Origin: a virus
Lineage: Duplodnaviria; Caudoviricetes
Virus record (IMG/VR): IMGVR_UViG_3300011435_000013
Span: 1-34,921 of that record
Strand: one strand, 5' to 3'
Length of the DNA: 34,921 nucleotides
The notes beneath the pieces are model-generated. The model saw nothing but the letters and a program-made list of their open reading frames with translations, did no database searches and was not told the DNA's origin. The position numbers and the translations under genes are program-made. Position 1 is the first letter of the stretch. Every line of letters begins with the position of its first letter. This document shows positions 9,653 through 16,626 of the stretch, in pieces.

Positions 9653-10090
9653 CTATGCCTCCTGCGCCCCGGCCAGTAGCGCGAGTGCGGCCAGCGCATG
9701 TTCGTACAACGTGACCGTCTTGCCCGGCAGCCACGTCTCATACCACGCATCTCTCAACTGCTCCGCCGCCTCGTCGCCCTGCGGCCACGTCTGCGCGGCA
9801 TTCTGCAACTCGTCGCGTACTGCCTCCAGCGCGGCGATTCGCCTCTCTGCCAACTCGACACATCGTTCGCACGAATCGTATTCTGCCACCGTCTGCTGCG
9901 CCTGCGCGTCCATCGCATCGGCGGCGGCGCGGACTTCGGCCATCTCGCCCTCTATGTACCTCCTGTGCGACTCCTCGTCTCGGTCGAGGTAATCAACCGC
10001 CCAATAGTGCGCGCAATAGCTAAACTCGCCGCCCACGCCTATCGCCCGCTCCACCAGCCCGCGCACCGGGCCGTGCTGTTTGTCGCTCAT
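9653..10090 (-). CDS. Hypothetical protein with coiled coil and WPQGDEAA motif
   Basis: ATG 10090 overlaps the rep stop; 145 aa. Confidence 0.6.
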   Translation of the reverse strand: MSDKQHGPVRGLVERAIGVGGEFSYCAHYWAVDYLDRDEESHRRYIEGEMAEVRAAADAMDAQAQQTVAEYDSCERCVELAERRIAALEAVRDELQNAAQTWPQGDEAAEQLRDAWYETWLPGKTVTLYEHALAALALLAGAQEA

Positions 10091-11322
10091 AGCGAGACTC
10101 CCGCCAAAGCGAATTCGACGACGACGCGCTTGTGCAGCACGCTCGACAAAGAGCGGCGAATGCCGACGCCCATGCGGTCGCGAATCAGCGAGAGCATGGC
10201 GTCGGCGGGCAGCGTGACGAGATAGGCGCAGCAGCCGTCGACTTCGCCAGCGGGCGCGATGGATGCGGCGCGAATCGGCTCGGTGTACGTGTGACTGAGT
10301 CGCGAGTCGCACATCTCGACGAGCACGACGTGCCACGCGGCGGCGAGAGCGTCGTCGGCGGGGCAGATCGAAGCGACAGTCTCGACGACGTGCTCGACGA
10401 CCGCTTCGTCGGCATAGAAGTCTTCGTCTTCGCTCAGAGCGCTCGACCAAGCGCTTTCCTCGAAGTCATAAGGCACGTGGTCGCGATACCACGCGCTTTG
10501 TCGAAACGCAGCGCTCACGGGCGGCGCTGCGACGTGCTGCTCGATACGATGCACGAGCAAGCCCGTCGAGACTGCGCCATCCTCGTAAGCGTGCATCCAC
10601 GCGCCGATCTGTCTGAGCGCTTCGCTGCGTGAGCAGAGTGCAGCAAGAGCGCGTGCTTTGACGGCCCAGATACCCGCCGCGATGAGCAGCTCGACGACTT
10701 GCTCGTCGACTTCGTGCTCGTGCGTCTTTGTTTGGATGGTTGTTTGTTTAACATCAACTTCAATAACTGATTGGGTAGGAAACAAACAACCATCCATTCG
10801 CGTACGTGTGACTGCACGCGCAGATTCGGTACGTACACGCGCAGTTTCAGCGCGTGGGATGACCGTTTCAGCGCGTGGGATGACCGTTTCAGCGCGTGGG
10901 ACGACCGTTTCAGCGCGTGGGACGACCGTTTCAGCGCGTGGGACGACCGTTTCAGCGCGTGGCGTCTCTGCGTCGATCTGCGCAGCGTGCTCGTCGTGCG
11001 GCACGTCGTCGCTCGACGGCTCAATCTGCGCGCAGATTTGGTACGTCGACGCGCTGATTCTGCGCGCAGGGAACGCGGCAATGGTGACGTATACGTCACC
11101 GTTGATGCTATAGTGCAGCACGTTTGCGGTCTGCAAGTCGCTGAGATGACGACGTGCGGCGTTGAGATTCGAGCAATTTGTCACGGCGAAGAGATCGTCG
11201 AGCGTGAGACGCACGAAGCCATTGTCGTCGCTGGCAACGTCGAGCAGCTCACGGGCGACTCGATAGAGGGTGGGTGACAAGTCTGCGCTCTTGATGGCGG
11301 CGAGTGCGGCGGCTTTGCTCAT
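10087..11322 (-). CDS. Replication initiator: N-terminal wHTH-like region, internal iteron repeats, C-terminal DnaA domain I-like region
   Basis: N-terminal ..LTLDDLFAVTNCSNLNAARRHLSDLQTANVL..; (PRAETV[VI])n repeats; C-terminal AWHVVLVEM...TYTEPIR...IRRSLSSVLHKRVVVEF resembles DnaA_N. Confidence 0.7.
   Translation of the reverse strand: MSKAAALAAIKSADLSPTLYRVARELLDVASDDNGFVRLTLDDLFAVTNCSNLNAARRHLSDLQTANVLHYSINGDVYVTIAAFPARRISASTYQICAQIEPSSDDVPHDEHAAQIDAETPRAETVVPRAETVVPRAETVVPRAETVIPRAETVIPRAETARVRTESARAVTRTRMDGCLFPTQSVIEVDVKQTTIQTKTHEHEVDEQVVELLIAAGIWAVKARALAALCSRSEALRQIGAWMHAYEDGAVSTGLLVHRIEQHVAAPPVSAAFRQSAWYRDHVPYDFEESAWSSALSEDEDFYADEAVVEHVVETVASICPADDALAAAWHVVLVEMCDSRLSHTYTEPIRAASIAPAGEVDGCCAYLVTLPADAMLSLIRDRMGVGIRRSLSSVLHKRVVVEFALAGVSL
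10733..10796. repeat. Perfect 17-bp inverted repeat around a 30-bp AT-rich spacer (candidate origin unwinding element)
   Basis: tggatggttgtttgttt 10733-10749 and aaacaaacaaccatcca 10780-10796. Confidence 0.85.
10844..10962. repeat. 21-bp tandem repeats (5 full + 1 partial), candidate iterons
   Basis: Unit gtttcagcgcgtggga[t/c]gacc starting at 10844, 10865, 10886, 10907, 10928 and 10949. Confidence 0.9.
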
Positions 11323-11393
11323 CTCAGCAACCTTGCCGCATCTGGGGGGTTATTCGACTGTTGGGAATGGGGCGTGGTAAGATGATCTCGCAT
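11319..11393 (-). CDS. Putative 24-aa leader peptide translationally coupled to rep
   Basis: GGAG 7 nt upstream of ATG 11393; MRDHLTTPHSQQSNNPPDAARLLR*; its TGA overlaps the rep ATG (ATGA). Confidence 0.5.
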   Translation of the reverse strand: MRDHLTTPHSQQSNNPPDAARLLR

Positions 11394-11463
11394 CAAGAAG
11401 CTCCATTTCTTGGTTGCCTGGCCGGGGGGTGCTGATAACACCGCCCCGGTCGTCTTTTTGTTT
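11375..11463 (+). ncRNA. Candidate antisense RNA to the rep leader, with its promoter and terminator
   Basis: Extended -10 TGgTAAGAT 11375-11383; hairpin gcatcaagaa/ttcttggttgc; GC hairpin 11420-11451 then tctttttgttt. Confidence 0.5.
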
Positions 11464-11474
11464 GAAGTGACGAC

Positions 11475-11503
11475 AGTATAGCACAGATGAGCGAAACGTT
11501 CAA
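11475..11503 (-). promoter_or_regulatory. Leftward sigma70-type promoter for the rep operon
   Basis: TTGAAC - 17 bp - TATACT with TG extension on the minus strand. Confidence 0.65.
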
Positions 11504-11709
11504 CCCTGCCCCTCCTGCGCTGTGCGCTCTGCCCAGAGTTTCGCCGCGTCCCAACTTGGGAAGCGACTCAGTGCCAGCGCCCGCGTGCCGTCGGCGAAGT
11601 CTACGCTGGCGCTGATTTTCGTCGCGCCCTTCTTGCGGTAGATCGTCGCAGTGGCCGGGGGCCCATCTTTGGGCGCGATCTCGTATATCTCTTGATTGCG
11701 CTCTAGCAC
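11500..11709 (-). CDS. Hypothetical protein (69 aa)
   Basis: RBS AAGGAGG before GTG 11709. Confidence 0.6.
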   Translation of the reverse strand: MLERNQEIYEIAPKDGPPATATIYRKKGATKISASVDFADGTRALALSRFPSWDAAKLWAERTAQEGQG

Positions 11710-12023
11710 TCTGCGGCCTCCTTTTTTGCGAGACGCGCCTTGATGGTGCGAATCAAATCGGCGACGTGGTCGTTTGTCTCTTCGTCGCCGATCTCGCTGT
11801 AGCACTGGAAACTATGCGACGCTTCGGCTTCGTCGACTGAGTCGTAGGATGCGACGAAGCCGACGACGCTCGAATAATGCGTGCCGTCTTCTAGCTCTTC
11901 TTTGATGGCCCAGAGCAAGATGGGACAACGCCACGACTCGCCCGACTTATCTGATATGTAGATTGCCTCGATGCCCGTCGCCGGAATGATCGACTTATAT
12001 CGGCCCGATGGAAACTTCTTCAT
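11703..12023 (-). CDS. Hypothetical protein (106 aa)
   Basis: RBS AAGGAG before ATG 12023; MKKFPSGRY... Confidence 0.65.
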   Translation of the reverse strand: MKKFPSGRYKSIIPATGIEAIYISDKSGESWRCPILLWAIKEELEDGTHYSSVVGFVASYDSVDEAEASHSFQCYSEIGDEETNDHVADLIRTIKARLAKKEAAEC

Positions 12024-12101
12024 GGTGCTCTCTCCTTCGGCGTCGACGGTGGCGTGGTGACACCGTGACACCGCTCTCGACTGCGACACCGCACGCGACT
12101 T

Positions 12102-12533
12102 CTATCGACTGCTCACGTAAGCGGGGAAGTGGCCGACCCGCTCAGACTGCTGCGCTTCCCACGTGCGCAGACGACGCAGCGCAAGTCGCTCGCTCACCTG
12201 CGGCACGTCTGCGCCGTGACGGTATACGTGCAGATCACGCAGCAGCAGCGCCGCCGCCGCCCATCGCCGCTCGCTCATGTGACGAGCCATCTGTCGGCGT
12301 GACGCCGCCGACCCCCTGTAGCGGTAGTGCAGCAAGAGTCGAGCGTCGGCGGCGACTTGCGAGACGCGCACGACTTCGACGATGCGCTCGCGTGGCATTG
12401 AGTCGGTGAAAGCGGGCAGCTCGACGCTCTGCGTATAGCTGCGCGACTTGCGGCGGCGTAGACGGAAGATTGCGATACACACGCCGATTATGGTGCCGAC
12501 CACGATTGACGATAGAATTTGTTCCGCTTGCAT
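12102..12533 (-). CDS. Membrane-anchored hypothetical protein
   Basis: RBS AGGAGG; N-terminal TM ILSSIVVGTIIGVCIAIF followed by RLRRRK. Confidence 0.65.
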   Translation of the reverse strand: MQAEQILSSIVVGTIIGVCIAIFRLRRRKSRSYTQSVELPAFTDSMPRERIVEVVRVSQVAADARLLLHYRYRGSAASRRQMARHMSERRWAAAALLLRDLHVYRHGADVPQVSERLALRRLRTWEAQQSERVGHFPAYVSSR

Positions 12534-12596
12534 GAGTCCTCCTAAGACTTATGCGGCATGGCGGGCGCGTAGTCGCAGACGTGCTCGCCTTAACTT

Positions 12597-12923
12597 TTAC
12601 TGAGGCCAGACGGCCCAGAGAAACAACAGAACGAAGCACAGCACGACGAGAAAGTCTGCGCCTGCGCTCTCGACGTTTGGGTCGTGCAAGAGGCCGCGCC
12701 CCGGCGCGGCGTTCTGCAAAGAGCCGCGCCCGGAGGGCACCCGCATCCCTCCGCCCTGCGCATCGTCTAGGGTTCCCTTCCCCTTTCTGTTGGCTAGGTG
12801 ACGGCGGCGCTGACCCCGGCCAGCGTAGATATAGTGAGGTGCAGAGAATCCCCTGCGCCGTACTATCTGCGTGCTGCGCTGCTCGACGAGCCATTCGCCG
12901 AGCGTGTATGTCTTCTCAGCCAT
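12597..12923 (-). CDS. Hypothetical protein with C-terminal TM helix
   Basis: RBS GAGGAG; ends FLVVLCFVLLFLWAVWPQ. Confidence 0.55.
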   Translation of the reverse strand: MAEKTYTLGEWLVEQRSTQIVRRRGFSAPHYIYAGRGQRRRHLANRKGKGTLDDAQGGGMRVPSGRGSLQNAAPGRGLLHDPNVESAGADFLVVLCFVLLFLWAVWPQ

Positions 12924-13167
12924 GATCATAGTCTCCTCTTCGAGCGCGTCCGATTTTGTCTCTGGCGTCGAGCGCAAGGCCGCGAATGTCAGTCAGATCG
13001 ATCAGCGTTTGCGCAACGTCACCCGCTTTGATGGCGAGCAGCCCGTCGCGCGCTTTTCCGTCAATCTCTAGCAGGTTCGCAGTCACGTCGTCGAGCATAT
13101 CGGCTTGCTTATTGCCGAATTCGCGTTCGTGTCTAGCCACGTCGACGGTTGCCTCCCAGGCGCGCAT
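12916..13167 (-). CDS. Hypothetical helical protein
   Basis: 83 aa ORF overlapping its neighbours in the leftward operon. Confidence 0.5.
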   Translation of the reverse strand: MRAWEATVDVARHEREFGNKQADMLDDVTANLLEIDGKARDGLLAIKAGDVAQTLIDLTDIRGLALDARDKIGRARRGDYDHG

Positions 13168-13321
13168 CCCCGCGCTCTATGTGATGGTCGATGAGTGCGT
13201 GCAAAGTGCGCTGCTGGCGAAAGAGCGCGTAGAGTGTGAGCGCCAGAGCGACGAGCACGACGGCTTCGAGTGCGGTGCGCAGATGGTGCAAGGCGGGGGA
13301 AGTTTCGGTGCGTTTCGCCAA
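13133..13321 (-). CDS. Small membrane protein
   Basis: TM ALEAVVLVALALTLYALF; first ORF divergent from the integrase. Confidence 0.45.
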   Translation of the reverse strand: MAKRTETSPALHHLRTALEAVVLVALALTLYALFRQQRTLHALIDHHIERGDARLGGNRRRG

Positions 13322-13428
13322 AGTGCGCTCGCTTTCTGCTAGGATCGTCCGAATCTGTACATAACTTTCTGGGGCGGCGCTGCGTCATGCTCTCTACACC
13401 TATCAACAACACCGCCCCGGAGAATCAA

Positions 13429-14343
13429 ATGGACTTGCGCACTCTGCTCGACCGCTTTCTCGTCGCCAAAGCCGCCGCAGGATTGTCGCGGCGTAGTATC
13501 GCATGGTACGAAGCTCAGATCGTGCTCTATGTGCGCTGGCTGGGGCGCGTCGGCGTGCGCAGCGAGCGCGCCTTTGTCGCTTCGACGGTCGAGACGTATC
13601 TCGCCGAGCAGCGAAAAGCCGAGCTGCGCCCCGCAACGCTCGCTGCCCGATATCGTGCGCTCTGCGTATGGTGTAACTGGCTTGTCAGTCGTAAGCTGCT
13701 GGCCGTCTCGCCGATGGACGAAGTCGCCGCGCCGCGCGTGCCGAAAGAGGCAATCGAATACGCTCGCTTCGACGAGTATCAGCGGCTTTACGAATCGATC
13801 TCCGGTCACGGCTGGATGGCGCTGCGCGACCGCTGCATTCTGTCGATTCTTTTCTGGAGCGGCTTGCGCGTCTCTGAGCTGGTCGCTCTCGCAGTGCACG
13901 ACGTTGACGCCCGCGCCCGCCTGATTACCGTGCGGCGCGGCAAGGGCGGCAAGGGGCGCGTCGTGCCCTGCCCGCCTGAACTGAACGGGATACTTGTCGG
14001 CTATCTCTATGCGCGCCCGCCCTACGACGGCGATGCGCTCCTCGTGGGCAACGACGGGCAAGACGGCGTGCGCGGGCCGCTCAAAGATTCGGGAGTGCGC
14101 ATCATGCTTCGTCGTCGCTGCAAAGCCGCCGGTCTGCGCGTGCTCACGCCGCATGACTTCCGGCACGGCTTCGCGATGGCGCTGCTCAATAACGGAATGG
14201 AGATGAGCGCCATCTCGACGGCGATGGGACACGGCAGCGTCAAGGTGACGGAAAGTATCTATGCTCGCTGGTTGACCGAAGGGTTGACACGAGAATATGA
14301 CGCGGCGCGGGCACGCATCAAGAGCAAGAGCCGCCCCGGATGA
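13429..14343 (+). CDS. int: Tyrosine recombinase/integrase (XerC/D-like, 304 aa)
   Basis: Catalytic motifs GLRVSE, KGGKGR, HDFRH, MGH, ESIYA; RBS ggaga before ATG 13429. Confidence 0.93.
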   Translation: MDLRTLLDRFLVAKAAAGLSRRSIAWYEAQIVLYVRWLGRVGVRSERAFVASTVETYLAEQRKAELRPATLAARYRALCVWCNWLVSRKLLAVSPMDEVAAPRVPKEAIEYARFDEYQRLYESISGHGWMALRDRCILSILFWSGLRVSELVALAVHDVDARARLITVRRGKGGKGRVVPCPPELNGILVGYLYARPPYDGDALLVGNDGQDGVRGPLKDSGVRIMLRRRCKAAGLRVLTPHDFRHGFAMALLNNGMEMSAISTAMGHGSVKVTESIYARWLTEGLTREYDAARARIKSKSRPG

Positions 14344-14389
14344 TTGCAAATCAAGTGAGGCGGGTCGCTTGCGCCAGAGGCGAATCGAA

Positions 14390-14435
14390 TGACTCTTAAT
14401 CAGCGGGTTCGGGGTTCGAATCCCTGGTGGGTCAC
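14390..14435 (+). other. attP core: 3' half of tRNA-Lys(CTT)
   Basis: TGA-CTCTTAA-TCAGC anticodon arm, T-arm CGGGG-TTCGAAT-CCCTG, acceptor 3' strand GTGGGTCA; no 5' half upstream; lies just after the int stop. Confidence 0.85.
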
Positions 14436-14595
14436 TTGCAGCACAGCGTCGAGCACGCCCGCACTCGATAGGGCGAACCGACGGAATGTTATTCGAGCTG
14501 CGCTGCGTAGCAAAAGGCATAACGCCCGCCCCTGCGGGTATATGCGAGAGACTTGAGTCGCGTGCTTGGTGGCTGAGACTCAAGTCGAGTATACG

Positions 14596-14633
14596 AAGAG
14601 CGTCACGGTCTGCGGGCTGTGGCGCTTTTTGTT
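14596..14633 (+). terminator. Intrinsic terminator-like hairpin between int/attP and the convergent RHH gene
   Basis: aagagcgtcacggtc-tgcg-ggctgtggcgctttttgtt. Confidence 0.65.
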
Positions 14634-14661
14634 ACGCCTCAGCCCTAACCGTGCTTATCCT

Positions 14662-14859
14662 TCAGTTCTGATATATCCCGGCCAGGGCGCGCTCTTTTCC
14701 CTGCGGCGCAATCTTGAAAGTCGGCTTGGTCTGTCGAATATAGTCGAGAGCGCGCCGAATGAGATTCGAGCGGTCAAGGCCATACTCCGCCGTTAGCTCT
14801 TCTAGGATTGCCTCGTCGGACGGCGTCAAGCGCATCTGGAGCCACTTCGGTTTTTCCAT
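14662..14859 (-). CDS. Ribbon-helix-helix (CopG/Arc-like) regulator, candidate repressor
   Basis: LQMRLT..DEAILEELTAEYGLDRSNLIRRALD; RBS AAAGGAGG. Confidence 0.75.
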   Translation of the reverse strand: MEKPKWLQMRLTPSDEAILEELTAEYGLDRSNLIRRALDYIRQTKPTFKIAPQGKERALAGIYQN

Positions 14860-14882
14860 ACAATCCTCCTTTCGTGAGTCGT

Positions 14883-14920
14883 TGCGGCGTCATAATACCA
14901 CGCCGCATTTACGGCGTCAA
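14883..14920 (-). promoter_or_regulatory. Leftward promoter for the RHH gene, overlapped by operator-like repeats
   Basis: TTGACG - 17 bp - TATTAT with TG extension; half-sites tgcggcgt 14883, acgccgca 14900, tacggcgt 14910. Confidence 0.7.
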
Positions 14921-14965
14921 TACGTCTTTGTTTGCGCTGTGTAACGTTTTCGTCTGCGTTTCGTA

Positions 14966-14994
14966 TTGACAGTGTATTTACAAAATGATATAAT
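14966..14994 (+). promoter_or_regulatory. Perfect-consensus early rightward promoter
   Basis: TTGACA 14966-14971, 17 bp spacer, TATAAT 14989-14994. Confidence 0.85.
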
Positions 14995-15049
14995 GTAGTC
15001 GTAAGGCAATTCAACGAAGCAAACCACCAGACAACGAGGAGACGGGAAC

Positions 15050-15277
15050 ATGGCCCTGCGATTTACACGAAGCGTTGACGGCAAAGAACGGGCAAATATA
15101 ACCGTGACGATCCGCCTGACGAAAGAGGAAATCGAGATTTACTCAAGCATGTGCCGCGATATGGGCGAAACACTACGGGAGCGATTGCAGAATGCCTGCC
15201 TTGACGATCTGAACTTCCGGCTTGATGAGCAGCATAAGGATCACATGAAATATGTAGGCAAGACCATCGGGAAGTAG
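15050..15277 (+). CDS. Small DNA-binding protein, RHH-like
   Basis: ITVTIRLTKEEIEIY...MGETLRERLQ; RBS GAGGAG. Confidence 0.6.
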   Translation: MALRFTRSVDGKERANITVTIRLTKEEIEIYSSMCRDMGETLRERLQNACLDDLNFRLDEQHKDHMKYVGKTIGK

Positions 15278-15398
15278 GGCTTCGGCCCGTAATGCGGCAA
15301 GTCGGTGGCAAGCCCGACGGCGGACGCAGAGCCAGGCGAAAAAAGCGCCGCCGCACCTGATAGCGCAGATGCGGCGGCAATTCAGAAAGGCGAGGAAC

Positions 15399-15533
15399 AT
15401 GAAACACAATAGCACAGACGGGCGCAAATGGCACTATGCCAGTGCAGTCGGCTTCGACGGTCTTGCTGCGACGTATGGCGCGGCCAAGCTCAAAGGTTCC
15501 CACCGTGACGACGCAGAGCGTATCGCGGCGTAA
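15399..15533 (+). CDS. Small hypothetical protein (44 aa; below the ORF-track cutoff)
   Basis: gaggaa RBS; MKHNSTDGRKWHYASAVGFDG...RIAA*. Confidence 0.4.
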   Translation: MKHNSTDGRKWHYASAVGFDGLAATYGAAKLKGSHRDDAERIAA

Positions 15534-15571
15534 ATAAAGCGACGCCCGCAAGCCGGAAACTTGCGGGCGTC
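15531..15571 (-). terminator. Hairpin with T-tract on the minus strand
   Basis: gacgcccgcaag-ccggaaa-cttgcgggcgtc preceded by taaataaag on the plus strand. Confidence 0.55.
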
Positions 15572-15608
15572 ATCACAAATCCCAACACCGAAGGAAAGGA
15601 GTTGCACC

Positions 15609-15860
15609 ATGAGTATACAACTCGACGAGTACGGAATGCCAAAAGAGTATCTTGCGTGCGAAGCGACGCCGCAAGAAGCCGAGCAGGGGAAAGCGCTCTA
15701 TCACAGCGCAGCGTATCAAGAGCGCTTGGGTCGTGATCTCTACGTCAACGGTTGCCCGATCTGGGCCTGTCCGAGCATCGTCGCTCGCGTCGGATGGCTC
15801 GACGAGCAGCGCATCGACGCAGCGCTCTTTGCGAAGCTGCTCGCGGCGGTGCCCGCATGA
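15609..15860 (+). CDS. Hypothetical protein
   Basis: RBS AAAGGAG before ATG 15609. Confidence 0.65.
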   Translation: MSIQLDEYGMPKEYLACEATPQEAEQGKALYHSAAYQERLGRDLYVNGCPIWACPSIVARVGWLDEQRIDAALFAKLLAAVPA

Positions 15861-16156
15861 GCGTCTATCTCTTGCACTTTCTCAAGCCGATCTCAGACAA
15901 GCACACAACGCAGCACTATATCGGCTATGCCGACGACGTTGCGAAGCGCATCGAGTTACATCGCTCCGGGCATGGCGCTCGTCTCACCGAAGTCGCCAAA
16001 GAGCGCGGGATCGACTTCGTCGTGACGCGCATCTGGGACGGCGGGCGCGACGTTGAGCGTCGTCTCAAGAATCAAAAGATGGGGCCGCGACTCTGCCCGT
16101 TTTGCAGCGGCATCGAATCAGACGTTAACTTCTACAGTCGCGGGGGTGCAAAGTGA
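15857..16156 (+). CDS. GIY-YIG endonuclease
   Basis: VYLLHF...HYIGYA...RI..HRSG.GARL...ER.LK...CPFC. Confidence 0.85.
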   Translation: MSVYLLHFLKPISDKHTTQHYIGYADDVAKRIELHRSGHGARLTEVAKERGIDFVVTRIWDGGRDVERRLKNQKMGPRLCPFCSGIESDVNFYSRGGAK

Positions 16157-16392
16157 AAGTGCTACTCGAAGTCACGCTCGAAGAGGCGCAAGATATTGCA
16201 GCGTTTATGAGCTGGAAAGCGCAGCACGATATCGACGTGCCGCAAGAACCAAGCGAAGCGCAGATACAGCGCGACGCGGAGATCGCCGAAGAGCGTGCGC
16301 TTGCGCTTGAGCGTCGCACCGTCGAAGGACGGCGAGAGCAATTGCTCGACCTCGAAGAGTCTTACGACCGCATCAACCGTTGGCGATACTAG
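16153..16392 (+). CDS. Hypothetical protein
   Basis: GTGA overlap with the previous stop; 79 aa. Confidence 0.55.
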   Translation: MKVLLEVTLEEAQDIAAFMSWKAQHDIDVPQEPSEAQIQRDAEIAEERALALERRTVEGRREQLLDLEESYDRINRWRY

Positions 16393-16440
16393 ACTGAGCA
16401 AGCGCGCTCGTGCGCTTTGTACGCGAGCAGAAAGACTCTT

Positions 16441-16626
16441 ATGGACATAGAGACTATCATGATCGAGATGGAGATGGCGCTCCTCGTCGGGCAAAAGATG
16501 AGGGCGGCGCAAGTGCGATACTTCAAGACGCGCAGCCGCGACGATCTCGTCGAGAGCAAGATGCTCGAAGCGCAATTTGACGCAGCAGCGAAAGACGTTC
16601 TCAAGAAGGTAGGGAGATCATCATAA
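16441..16626 (+). CDS. Hypothetical protein
   Basis: MRAAQVRYFKTRSRDDLVESK.LE small phage protein; stop overlaps the ERF start. Confidence 0.6.
   Translation: MDIETIMIEMEMALLVGQKMRAAQVRYFKTRSRDDLVESKMLEAQFDAAAKDVLKKVGRSS

Noticed and set aside
10844-10962. CRISPR array
   Set aside because: Repeats are head-to-tail with no spacers, lie in frame within rep, and no cas genes are present.
12055-12095. Short gacaccg direct repeats as operator sites
   Set aside because: Only 7-8 bp, irregularly spaced and not near a recognisable promoter.
14360-14440. Intact phage tRNA-Lys gene
   Set aside because: No D-arm or acceptor 5' strand upstream, and only 3 bp of the anticodon stem pair; it fits an attP core.
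15857-16156. GIY-YIG as an intron-encoded homing endonuclease
   Set aside because: A short standalone ORF coupled to its neighbours, with no interrupted gene or intron structure around it.
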